A stretch of DNA of 64,000 nt from Felis catus (taxonomy: Eukaryota): positions 197,224,001-197,288,000 of the forward strand of contig NC_058368.1 in the NCBI RefSeq assembly GCF_018350175.1, given 5' to 3'. The notes under the pieces are model-generated. The model saw only the letters and a program-made list of their open reading frames with translations. It had not been told where the DNA came from and did not search any database. Shown one piece after another: positions 1 to 11,200 of the stretch (the first letter of the stretch is position 1; each line of letters starts with the position of its first letter). The translations under genes were made by a program, and so were the position numbers.

Positions 1-240
1 CACCCCCCAAAGCCGGTTTTCTCTCCGCAGTGGACACCCCGGTCCTGGCACCTGTCCAGGGGTCTCCCAGGTGAAAGCAAAGGCCGCCGGGGCCCTGGCC
101 TATGGATAAGAGGTCTCGGCGCGAGGGAGAAAGCCATCCTAGGATTCCTTCCGAAAGTTCTCTGTCATCCTGCCCACTGTGCATCCAAAACCAGACGGAG
201 CCTGCCCTGCTTCCCGCCTGCCCTCAAGCAGGTAACTACG

Positions 241-380
241 CAGGCTGCTCTCCGTGACCTGGGGGACCCGCGGCATCAGCATCACCTAGGAGCTTACAGG
301 TGTGCACCGTCTCAGACCCACCCAGACCTACTGAATTTGACCTAGATCTCCAAGCAGAGTAACATCTGAGACGCACTGCT
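241..380. mobile_element. MER5-type hAT-Charlie DNA transposon relic
   Basis: gcatcagcatcacctaggagctt...cagacctactgaat...gagacgcactgct motifs. Confidence 0.6.
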
Positions 381-399
381 CCAGGGATAAGCTTAGTGG

Positions 400-540
400 T
401 TAATTTTCCCCACCCTGAGGCTGTGTGCTCAAGGGCAAGGACCCCGTCTCTGTTTTGTGGTTAAATCTATTCTCTTGCCTAGTGCTGTGCTGGGCACATA
501 GTAGGCACTCAAATCATATTTGCTGAACATGCACGAAGGA
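400..540 (+). mobile_element. L2 3' end fragment
   Basis: agggcaaggaccccgtctctgttt...ggcacatagtaggcactcaaatcatatttgctgaa. Confidence 0.65.
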
Positions 541-1694
541 GCGGACCTCACACGGTACCCAAGAAAAGGACAGAATTTACCATGACTGGCCCCGCTCCAA
601 CATACTTATATGCCAAACACTTTCCACTCCAAGGATTAAAGAACGTGATAGGACTGTCCCACACCGGAGCGGTGCCCTCACTCTCTATCCTGATTCCCCT
701 GGAATGGGCATCAGGACCACAGAATGTGGGGGCCAGGCATCTGCCTGTTGCTCCATCGGTGTCTGGGGAGGGGCAGGAAATGGAGCCAGCGTCCGAGGTA
801 CTTGGGAGATGCTGGGAAATCAGCCTACCCGACCGGATGTCCCATTCTGGAGGAGGAAAGGGTCATGGGACAAAGTTTACCAGAGGACAAGCCTCCCTAC
901 TGGCGCCACAAGACAGATGCATACTTTGGAGCCGTGGGGAGGAGAGAAGCCGCACATCAAGTTGGGAGAGGCTGGCTGGAAACCCTCAAGTCCAGCTGGG
1001 AGCGGGTCCTGGGAGAGAAGATGATGTGTCTGCCTGTCTAGGAAGGGGGTGCGCCCGGCTAACTGTGGGGAGGGACTGGGCCCTGATGACATGCCTGTAG
1101 GAGGCAGCCCCCACAGTTCTGAGCTCTTGGCTACCTAGAGCCTTTCCGACATCCTTAGCACGGACTAGGGGCAGGAGGGTCTCTGATTGCAAACTGCTTC
1201 TGGGGACTGGGAGAATGGTTTTGAGATCTCTTTTCCTGCCTTTACGCCTGGAATAAGTCTACCCACTTGTATCCCAATAATTATAGATGTTGGAATGTAA
1301 TCATCTAGAGATGACTTCATAGAAGTGACTTGCCCGTGCTCAGCACAGAAGAACCTGGGGGCTCAGGGGTCAAATACCGAACTCGCGTCTCTGTGGGCCT
1401 CCGTGATAGGGTTACATAATTCCACAGGGGCTCAGAATTCACAGAGCAGTTGGTCACAGTCCCACCTAACGCAGGAATCTACAGCATTCTTGACAGGTGG
1501 GTACCGTCCTCTGCTTAGTTGCTTCCAGCGGTGGGAAGCTCACCCCCTCTGTGGAAGCCCACTTTGCCTTTGGACAGGCAAAACGGTCAGGCCTGCTTTC
1601 TTTATTTTTCCGATTTTATTTTTAAAAATACGTATCACGTAAAGGTGTATTCGTGTTTTCTTTTGTTACTTCCCTTTTTATCTCGTATCTGATT

Positions 1695-2720
1695 ATTTTT
1701 TTTCTACTGAAGTATCATTGGCACACGATGTTACATTAGCCTCAGGTATACAACACAGCGATTCACCAACTCCCTACCTGGTGCTATGAGACCACAAGCG
1801 TAGCCGCTGTCCGTCACCGTACAACGCTGTTACAACGCCATTCACTACATTCCCTATGCCGTGCCTTCTATCCCCAGGACTCGCTCATTCCACAAGTGGA
1901 AGCCAGTAACCCCTACTCCCGGTCACCCGTGTTTGCCCATCCCCCCTTCCCCGCCCCTCCGTCAACCATCAGCTTGTTCTCTGTATTTATGGGTCTGTTT
2001 CTGCTCTTTTGCTTGTTTATTCATTTGTTTTGGTTTTTAGACCCTAGGTATAAGTGAAATCATCCAGCATTTGTCTTTCTCTGACTTATTTCACGTAGCA
2101 TAATGCCCTCTAGGTCCATCCATGTTGTTGCAAACGGCAACATTCCATTCCTTTTTTGTGGCTGAGTAACACTCCACGGTATATATATGCCACATCTTCT
2201 TTATCCATTCATCGGTCGATGGGCACTTGGGTTGCTCCATATCTTGGCCATTGTAAATAATGCTGCAATACACATCGGGGTGCGTGTATCTTTTTAAATT
2301 AGTAATTTTGTTTTCTTTGGGAAAATACCCAGCAGGGGAATTACTGGATCCTAGGGAAGTTCCATATTTAATTAAAAAAAATTTTTTTTAAGTTTATTTA
2401 TTTTGAGAGAGAGAGAAAGAGAGAGAGAGAGCAAGCAGGGGAGGGGCAGAGGGAGGGAATCAGCAAATCCCAAGCAGACTCCACACTGTCAGCACAGAGG
2501 TCAATGTGGTGCTCGAACTCACGAACCGTGAGATCCTGACCTGAGCTGAGACTAAGAGTCAGACGCTTAACCAACTGAGCCACCCAGGTGCCCCAATTTT
2601 TAATTTTTTGAGGAACCTCTGTGCTGTTTTCCACAGGGATTGCATCAGTCCACATTGTCACCTACAGTGCACAGGGGTCCCTTTTCCTCCACACTCTCGT
2701 CGACACTTGTCATTTCTCGT
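1695..2720 (-). mobile_element. L1 3' fragment (3'UTR and ORF2 C-terminus), interrupted by a Can-SINE
   Basis: ORF 2091-2273 QPKCPSTDEWIKKMWHIYTVE is the L1 ORF2 tail; typical carnivore L1 3'UTR. Confidence 0.9.
2382..2594 (-). mobile_element. Can-SINE (SINEC, felid type)
   Basis: tRNA-derived head ggggcacctgggtggctcag on the minus strand, CT-rich tract and A tail. Confidence 0.92.
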
Positions 2721-2827
2721 CACGACTGCCTTCTTTTTATGGAGACTGAGACTGGACTCCTTGTGAAGCCCCTTAGTTTATGCAGTAAGAATAATTTACC
2801 TCTTTTGCCGCCTGACATTTCCTTTAA

Positions 2828-2831
<4 letters not shown>

Positions 2832-2858
<27 letters not shown>

Positions 2859-3185
2859 TTTATTTATATATATACATGTATTTACATATATACATTTATT
2901 TATATATATTTATTTTTTATATAACATATAAATAAATATTTATTTATTTATTTATTTATTTAAATATATAAATACATTTATTTAAAGTTTATTTATTTTG
3001 AGAGAGAGAGGGAAGGAGAGCAAGCAGGGAAGGGGCAGAGAGAGGAGGAGAAAGAAAATCCCTAGCAGGCTCCACACGGTCATTGCAGAGCCCGATGCCG
3101 GGTTCAAACTCATGAACTGTGAGATCATGACCTGAGCCAAAACCAAGAGCTGGACGCTCAACCCACTGAGCCACCCAGGCACCCC
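2832..3185 (-). mobile_element. Can-SINE with tail expanded into an (AT)/(TTTA) microsatellite
   Basis: Head ends at 3185; TSD cctttaaatat at ~2821 and ~3188. Confidence 0.9.
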
Positions 3186-4289
3186 ACCTTTAAATATTTC
3201 AAGACAATTACAGTTTCCCTCCTCTCCTTCACTCCTCTCGCTTCACTTTTCCTTGCTGGATGTGGTCATCCACTGATCAGATTCCCCTGTGGACTCCATG
3301 GAGCGAGGTCTGTTGTGGCCAATCACACAATTCCCGACCTCTCTGATACGTCTTGTCTGAATAGCTGCATCCTCTCGTGGCCACATTCTAGCAATGAGTC
3401 CTGTCTCCATAAGTTGCAATGGCACACCTGGGGTAGAATTAGCACCCTGAGTTCAAATTCAGGACTCGGTCCGGTGTAGTGGTTAGAGGCTGGGCCGGGA
3501 GGACAGAGTGAATGGTGAGACGCTGGCCGAGGGCAGGATCCCAGCTCCCTCACTTACCAGTTGTGCGACCGCTAAGCCCCTGCTTCTTTACCTGAATCTC
3601 TTCCTTACAACACTAGTGTGGGGATGCACCATAATCAGGCCTGGGAGGACGCAACACGTGTGCTCAATAAATGGTCACTGTCATTCTTGTTTCACGTTCT
3701 CGTGTTTCTAGCCCACGTTCCGGGCACTATCCAGGCTCTGATCTGAGGCCAGAAGAACATTCCTCTTGCAGGGAAGGCCTGTTGACTCCGCCTGGGGATT
3801 CTGAGATGCCTTCTCCATGTGGATTTTCTTTCCGTGTGATCCTGCCGGTCCTTTATTGTACTGGCCTCAGGTTGATCGGGAGCTTTTTCTCTCTCTTCTT
3901 CCTCCTTTCACCCTTGACCGCTGGTGGAGCCTCAGGCATCCACCCAGGAGCCCATGAGTCTCGTATAATAAGCAGGGTCAGGAAAACTACACCCTGCCCT
4001 GAGGTGGTTGCTGCACAGCCAGCTGTCCACTCCTCATCTGTTCCCCTCTTTTCCAAAATTACAGCCTTCAGCTGGCAGAAAGGATGATGCCACCACCTGT
4101 TCCCCCAAATCCTTTAGTTTGTGGAGGTGTCTAAAGACTCCAGACAGCCATTTTTAGTTTTTCTTGACTGTGTCATACATTCCATTTAGATCAGCAAAAA
4201 TGAGTGGGTTTTGTGAGTCCCTTCCTTGTCGTAGACAACTAATCCAGGAAGACAGGACCCTTCCCAACTAGCAAGTCATGTCTCTGGTA

Positions 4290-4535
4290 CAGGGTGTGAA
4301 GGGAATAGGCCCCAGGGCCAGACCGCCTGGGCACATTCCAGTTTCATTAGCTACTATTTGTGTGACTTTGGGCAAGTCATTTATGCTCTTTACGCTCTGT
4401 GGGTCTTAGTGTTCTCATCTGTAAAAAATTATTCTTCTCTCCCTTGTAGAGCTATAATGATTAAATGAGATATTATGTATAGAAAACTTAGTGCATTGCC
4501 TGACAATAATAACAGCCAATCAATGTTGTCCGTGG
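4290..4535 (+). mobile_element. MIR
   Basis: MIR core tgtgtgactttgggcaagtcattt...ctcatctgtaaaa. Confidence 0.75.
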
Positions 4536-4542
4536 TTTAGCA

Positions 4543-5330
4543 GTGGTGACGGTGGTGGTGGTGGTATTGGTAGTGATAGTGGTGGTGGTGATGGCGGTGG
4601 TGGTGATAGCAGTGGTGGTATTGGTGGTATTGGTGTTGGTGGTGATGGTGTTGGTGGTGGTGTTGGTGGTGATGGTGGTGTTGGTGGTGGTGGTGGTGGC
4701 AATGGTGTTGGTGTTGGTAGTGATGTGGTGGTGGTGATGGCGGCGGTGGTGATAGCAGTGGTGGTATTGGTGGTATTGGTGTTGGTGGTGATGGTGTTGG
4801 TGTTGGTGTTGGTGGTGATTGTGGTGTTGGTGGTGGTGGTGGTGGCAATGGTGTTGGTGTTGGTGGTGGTGGTGGTAGTGGTGTTGGTGGTATTGGCGGT
4901 GTTGGTAGTGATGGTGGTGGTGATGGTGGTGTTGGTGTTGGTGGTGATGTTGTTGGTGGTGGTGGTGGTGTTGGTGGTGTTGGTGGTGATGGTGGTATTG
5001 GTGATGGTGGTGTTGGTGGTGGTGGTGGCGGCAATGGTGTTGGTGGTGGTGGTGATGGTGGTGGTGGTGGTAATGGTGGTGTTGGTGGTGGTGGTGGTGG
5101 TGGTGATGGTGGTGATCTGGTGTTGGTGGTGGTGGTGCTGGTGCTGGTGGTATTGGTGGTGGTACTGGTTGTTGTTGGTGGTGGTGGTGGTGGTATTTGT
5201 GGTGTTGGTAGTGATGATGGTGATGGCAGTGGTGGTGATGGTGGTGTTGGTGGTGAAGGTGGTGGTGGTGGTGGTGGTGGTGGTGATGGTGTTGACAGCG
5301 ATGGTGGTGACAGCTGTGATGGTGATAGTG
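4543..5330. repeat. Degenerate (GGT/GAT/GTT)n trinucleotide tract, ~790 bp
   Basis: Visible directly; it generates the spurious poly-V/G/H/T/P ORFs. Confidence 0.97.
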
Positions 5331-7027
5331 AAGTTGCAATGACTGCCAATTCCTCTCAGTGAAGATGACGAGGAAAAACTTCCTCTTGTAAGAAGTAATA
5401 TACTTCTTTTATCTTGATAGTTCCTGACTATTCTTGATCTCTTTTGAGTAGACATTACTCTTGCTTTTGCAGGATGTCTTTATTCACCTTCCAGGGATAA
5501 ATGTCACACTCCTGCAGATCGAAAATACACCATGTATTTCCTCATTCTTTTTCCTTTTCTATGATAGGCTCTTCATCTTAGCCCTCTCTTGAATCTGGTT
5601 TTGGTTTCCTCTATCCTTCGGGAACTCAGCAGATCTTCCAACATCCCCTCTGGTTACGTGTGGTATGGAGAGTGACCACCTTTGGGGAGAAAACACTTCT
5701 GTGGAACATATGCCCTGTAGATCCACACACTGATGTTTTTACTTCGTGAGCAACCAGACCAGCCAGGATCCTGCGTGCTCCCCCTGGAGATGCTCGTGTG
5801 CTCACCTGCTTCCCATTATTCACTCTTCTTCGCCCCCCTCTGCCTTTGGACTTGGAGAATTATGGTGGAGACATTTAGCAGCCTCTCCTCAAGGACACGC
5901 TCACATACAGGATTCCCACACGCAGCCAAGGAAGTCTCCCACCTCTTCGAGGTCCCTGATGCACGCAGAAATGCATAATGCAGCACAAGCCACGAGAAAC
6001 AACACACCCAGGGATCATATTCTCTCTTCGGCATGCTTTCCAGATTAAATCTCCAAGTCGGCAGCATCCCTCACTTTATATTTAGAGAGCATTTTACACA
6101 CTATGATGTATGTTAGTCTGCCTCCTGGATACTAATATATCTGCTTTCCATAAAGCTGGGGAAACAGAGCCCCAGCAAGGCTGCGTATCTGTTGTGCTTC
6201 ACACAGAGGGTTGGCAGGCTGCTGGCTCCAGCCTGCCTCTCTCTACGGCCTGACACGTGGTCTGCTGGTCTCTGGGCGCCTCTGCAGCATCCGTCACAGG
6301 GCCGTGGTCCTGCACCCCAGCACTCCCAGCCTTGCTGTCATTCTTCACAATGCTTTCAAGGAATTATAAAAGACAGCAGCATGTGTGTTCAGCCACCTTG
6401 AGACGGAAACCTGCTCAGACCAGCGAACTGTTCATGAACGTCACCGGGGACGCTGAAGGAAGTGCTCTCTGCATAGCCTGTGAGCAGATCCGATTAGGTC
6501 TAGGGGAAGGAAGGGCGAGGGAGGGAGCCTTCCCATCGTCTTTCTCCCCAGCACACGGCACCGGGCAATCTCTCATGGAACCCCTAGGGGCCGAGGCCTG
6601 CCGACTCGGTGGTTTCGTGCTCACCCCCCGCAGGGGGACGCAGCCCCGCCATGCTGACTCTGTCGTTGCCCGCACCCACACGGTGATGCCGCACAGGAGG
6701 CTAATGGGTTTTCATTGATTCTGCTGGGGAGGCCAGGGGGAGCGTCATGCATGTAACGTAAGAACACCAGAGCCTAGCGTGGCTTACCGTAGACCCTGGG
6801 GCCAGGCCCGTGTGTGTGTGGGCACCTGCCATCAGCAGCCTGACAAGGGCGTGTGGGAACCGTGATTCAGACATCTTACCGCTAGACATACTTGGGTGGG
6901 ATGGATGCTCCACACATTTGAATGAGTGTTCCAAGGTACACTCTTGAACCTCAGTTTCCCCCCAGATCTATGGTTTGGGGATGAGACACAACATTTGCTC
7001 TGGTGTGGCCGATGCTCCTCATCTCGA

Positions 7028-7205
7028 ACGGTGGTTCTCAGTCTTAGGAGCAGCAAGCACCTCGTCCAGGAAGCTTATTAAAGCTGCGGATTTCTGGGTT
7101 CCCTTCTTAGAAGCCCGAAGCGGGCCTAAAACTCTGCATGTTTACTAGTCACGCAGTGAAGCTGACGCAGTGGTCCCCTGGACACTCCCTAAGAGACACT
7201 AGAAC
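7028..7205. mobile_element. MER5-type DNA transposon relic
   Basis: cggtggttctcagtct...gaagcttattaaagctgcggatttctggg...ctctgcatgtttact. Confidence 0.55.
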
Positions 7206-7633
7206 AGCCCTGGTGGTTCGCTCCCGTATTTCTCCCCTTAAAGACGTGTCTGTGTATACTTTTTAGTAGAGTTTGTGAAAATTGAGAACCACTGGTAGCT
7301 TCATCAGCCCTGTTAAGGTACCCCCAGGGAATGTGGGTCCAGAGGAGGGAGGAGATCAGGAGCCCAGCTCATCCCAGAAGAGCCCCACCCAAGTGGCCAA
7401 ACATGATACAGGCTGTCATGGTTTAGCATCAGCAGCCTGCCTTCCCTGCATTTCTGCTTAAGGAAGCTTGTGAGTCTGGGCAGGGTGCCAACTGGGTCAT
7501 GCTTCAGGAGTCCTCCAGGGTGGAAACCTCCCCCACTTCCCTCCGGGACCACAGAAGCCAGTGACAGAGCCGGGACAGGGAGCCCTAGGATTCACGCCCG
7601 GGGGACAGGGAGGTGCCCCGGGGGAGGACTCAC

Positions 7634-7746
7634 GGCTCGGTCCGCGGATCTTGATGGGCCTACTGCTGGTCATGGACTGGGAGCATGTCTGACACACGCA
7701 TTCCTTCCCGCTGAAGGTCACCTTGTCTCCAATGGGGAAAGGCTTC
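7634..7746 (-). CDS. ABLIM3: ABLIM3 exon 5 (113 nt; KPFPIGDK...KIRGPS), end of LIM2 and linker
   Basis: Acceptor catgtcccttgcAG, donor C|GTGAGT, phase 2-1. Confidence 0.97.
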
Positions 7747-9439
7747 CTGCAAGGGACATGAAAGAGAAATTCAACACCTCTCCTCTGGAGGGATTCCACG
7801 TCTATTGGTGAGCTGACAGCGCATGGGCTCACAGCTCGGTACCGCACACAGCCTGCCTTACGTTATACCAGGTAAATTCAAGGGCTGTTTGCAGCACCAG
7901 GCTGACTGAACCGCTCAGTTGGGGCCAGGACCGGAACTGGAGGCCCACTGGGGCCATTTACATGACTTTAACACTGGGTAAATCATGACACTTAGTTGAG
8001 CTTACACTTCTCATCTGTAAACTAACTGGCTAACAATTCCTCCTCTAGTGGTCCCTTCTTCCTGGAAGGACTTTTTCCACCCCAACCTCACCTATCCCCC
8101 TATGTCAAGAAGAAGCCATCCAACTCCTCGATTCACCCAGATCTCTTCCTTTTGCTACCCGGGAGGTTGAGAAGCGCCCAGATGCCCTCTTCCTCTCCTC
8201 CGCGTTTGTGCCGTTTGGGTTCCAGGGTTCAAAGGTCTCCAACTTGTACACGTCCTGCCTCCCTAACCAAATATAAACTGTGCACCGAGTCCCTGGCAGC
8301 ATTAACCCCGTTGTTCAGCTGTGCTTGAGCACAGAGTCTGGGACACAGGCTCTGGGCACAGCCCCGGACACAGGCTTCCAGTGGCTCCACTGCCCTTGCG
8401 TGAGCAACGTGGGACAAGGGGAGGAGCGCCGGGGTGACGTGGGGGAGCTGTGTTCTCATCTTGGCCCAGGCACTGACTTGTGGCAAAGGACGAGGCACTA
8501 TATCCGTATGGGGCCCGACAGAAACTTCACTTTATACCGTATGAGCCCTACTGTGCTAACCTCCAATGGGGCTGGGAGTCTGGGCTCCAGAGCCCAGGTT
8601 TAAGAGACGGACGACTGAATGAATGAATTCCACTGGGTGATTTTATTTGCTTATACGCTGTGTCATTAGTCTCAGCTGGGAACTCTAGCTGGTAACCAAC
8701 AGGTAGTTATTTCATGGGGAGAATAATTAATCTATAAATTCCCTTCCTGATTAAAAAATGCATATATTTCTTCCAAACCCTGTTTCTACTTATGACTTAA
8801 TCAGAGCAGTCCATTAAATTTTAATGTATTTGTGGGCAGGGCTGAAGTTTCCTTTAGGTTTCTCATCTCTTTAATGTGGTGCTTGGCATACAATGGACCC
8901 TTAATGTACATCTGCTAAGTTAACAAGTGACTGGGGATTCAGGGCATGGGGGGGGGGTAGGTTTCCATCATCTACCAGGTAGCCTGAGAGGCTAGGTGCT
9001 TATTATACGATGATGACAAGGATAGCAAAAGGAGACCCAATTATGTCCTGAGCTGTGGTCTCTGCAAGCACCAACTCATTTATATCTTCAGGAAAACCCA
9101 CTGAGGTTGGGGTGGTTTTGAGGCCCATTTTACTGATGAAGAAGCTGAGGCTCACAGAGGTCGGATCACTTTCCAGGGTCACAGAGGAAGGCTACAAACG
9201 GGTATCTCTGAACCACATGTGGCTGAAGGTGTGGGAGCTGGCCCAGGTGCCTGGTTCCCAAAATGGGTTGTGAGAGGCCAGGGTAGTCAGCGGCTCCTTT
9301 GAGGACTTCTGATGGGAAGTGGGAGGCTGAGTGTGGAGGCCTGGATCCTTCCTCTTGTCTTGACCGCCGGACTAACTAGTGTTTTGTATTAGATCATATT
9401 TGACAGATTGGATTCAGCTGCTAAAAGGTTTGCAAACTA

Positions 9440-9673
9440 GGGGCACCTGGGTGGCTCAGTCGGTTGAGCGTCCGACCTCGGCTCAGGTCATGATCTCACG
9501 GTCCGTGAGTTCAAGCCCCGCGTCGGGCTCTGTGCTGACAGCTCGGAGCCTGGAGCCTGCTTCGGATTCTGCATCTCCCTCTCTCTCTGCCCCTCCCCTG
9601 CTCATGCTCTGTCTCTCTCTGTCTCAAAAATAAATAAGCATTAAAAAAAAAAAACTAAAAAAAAAAAAAAAAA
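9440..9673 (+). mobile_element. Can-SINE, antisense to ABLIM3
   Basis: Full length with long A tail; TSD core ggtttgcaaac on both sides. Confidence 0.95.
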
Positions 9674-9815
9674 GGGTTTGCAAACCACTGGCCTGTCAGA
9701 TCGTTCCCCCCGTGAGATCTTAAAAATCCGAGTGTTCGGCATACAGCCCTGGGAGCCCCAGAACTGCCAGGGTGCTCGGGCAGAGGGTCCCGCCCTCTGC
9801 AGGCCACCTGCTCAC

Positions 9816-9999
9816 CTGCACAAGCTGCACACGAAGCACTTGGGGTGGTAGGTGCGGCCCAGGGCAGAGATGACCTCCCCGGTGATGAAGTCCCGGCAGC
9901 TGTCGCAGCGGGTGCCGTAGAGTTGCTGGTAGTCCTGAGTGCAGATGTACTCTTGGTTCTTGAAGAAGAAGCCCGACTGGGCCAGGCCGCAGCCACACA
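9816..9999 (-). CDS. ABLIM3: ABLIM3 exon 4 (184 nt; VCGCGLAQ...CFVCSLCR), end of LIM1 and most of LIM2
   Basis: Acceptor tttgttgcccccAG, donor AG|GTGAGC, phase 1-2. Confidence 0.97.
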
Positions 10000-10394
10000 C
10001 TGGGGGCAACAAACAGAGAGACAAGGGCAGGCTGAGTCCAGGAAGGTCTGCAAGCATGAGGTTCTCACTGGGGACAAGGCTGGTGTCTGACGTGGTCATG
10101 TGGCCAGAAAATGGTGGCAGATTGGACCTCACGGGGCTAGCGTTTCTGAAAGTATATCCCGAAGACCACTTGCGTCAGAATCGGGAGCCCGGCCGGCCCC
10201 TTTAGGTGCAGATGCCTGGGCCTGAATCGGGCTCGCTGGGGCTAAGGTCCAGGAGTTTGAGTGTTAGCATACTCCCCGGCTGCTTCTGATGCGCCCTGAC
10301 TGAGACCACTGATGGACAGCCCTCTCAATACATGGATGAAAGTTTAGGGCTGCCGTGGCTCACGCAATGCCATACCGGTGGTATTATGAATTTG

Positions 10395-10950
10395 AGAAGA
10401 ATCATTCAGTTAAAGTTCCTCTGGGCGCTTTCTACGGGCTGGAGTCTGTGCTAGGTGAAGACAACTTAGCATGGCAATGGGACGGATGATTTGAAGTTTA
10501 TAACCTGCTCTCACCACACACATAACGAGTTGGTCTGTTCCCCGGGCAGGAATGATAAAACACGATCCCCGAACTGTACTAATGAGCTACTAATGTATGC
10601 CAAAAGACGACCTTAGGGAACACACGTCACGGGCGATAGGCCATGGGCTGGTGCAGGCAGCAAGTGCTGTTAGTGGGGAGGGAAAGGGAGCAATGTCATT
10701 GGGGAGGGATCATGGTAGGCTTCTTGGAGGAGGCGGCAGCTGGGCTGAACTCTGAAGGCAGGATGAGCCACAGCACATAAGTAGAAGTTGCAAGTGATAT
10801 TCGTGTGGTGGTGGGGCGGGGGTTGGGGTAGTGTTTTTAGGGAACGGAGAATAGTAATAAAGGAAAATATTGACGGTTAGAGGAGGGCCTGAGTCTAGCT
10901 TAAGAAGTTTAGCCTTTGTGGGATATTGAGAAGCCATGGATAGTTTTTTA
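10395..10950 (-). mobile_element. L2 fragments
   Basis: ctgtgctaggtg...ggtaggcttcttggaggaggcggcagctgggctgaactctgaagg...gaagccatggatagtttt. Confidence 0.55.
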
Positions 10951-11059
10951 AAAACATTAAAAAAATTATTTTGAAACTCTCCACCATATACAAAAGACGA
11001 GAGAAGGTTATAATGATGTCCCATCACCTATTTGCAAAAGTGACCAATTGCACTGATAG

Positions 11060-11200
11060 CTTTTGAATAGACAGGCAATATGATTTCATAAGGTCTTGTG
11101 GGATTTCCTTGCGGACAATATGAAGATGTGTAGGACCGATAATAGATAGAGCAGGTGGATTTAATTATAGGTGCTCGAACGACTCAACCCATGTGGGACT
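11060..11200 (+). mobile_element. CR1/L3 reverse-transcriptase relic
   Basis: gatttccttgcggacaatatgaagatgtgtaggaccgataatagatagagcaggtggattt resembles the CR1 RT segment DILVDKMEK-GLD---VRWI. Confidence 0.45.

Noticed and set aside
4488..5455. Long ORFs in several frames (poly-His, poly-Val, poly-Thr, poly-Pro; 270-311 aa)
   Set aside because: Translation artefacts of the (GGT)n tract, which has few stop codons; no promoter or splice context.
1..7633. Next ABLIM3 exon (start of LIM3, HCAGC... as I recall it)
   Set aside because: Not found by eye on the minus strand; presumably just beyond the window.
9440..9520. tRNA-like A/B box sequences
   Set aside because: These are the tRNA-derived heads of SINEs, not tRNA genes.
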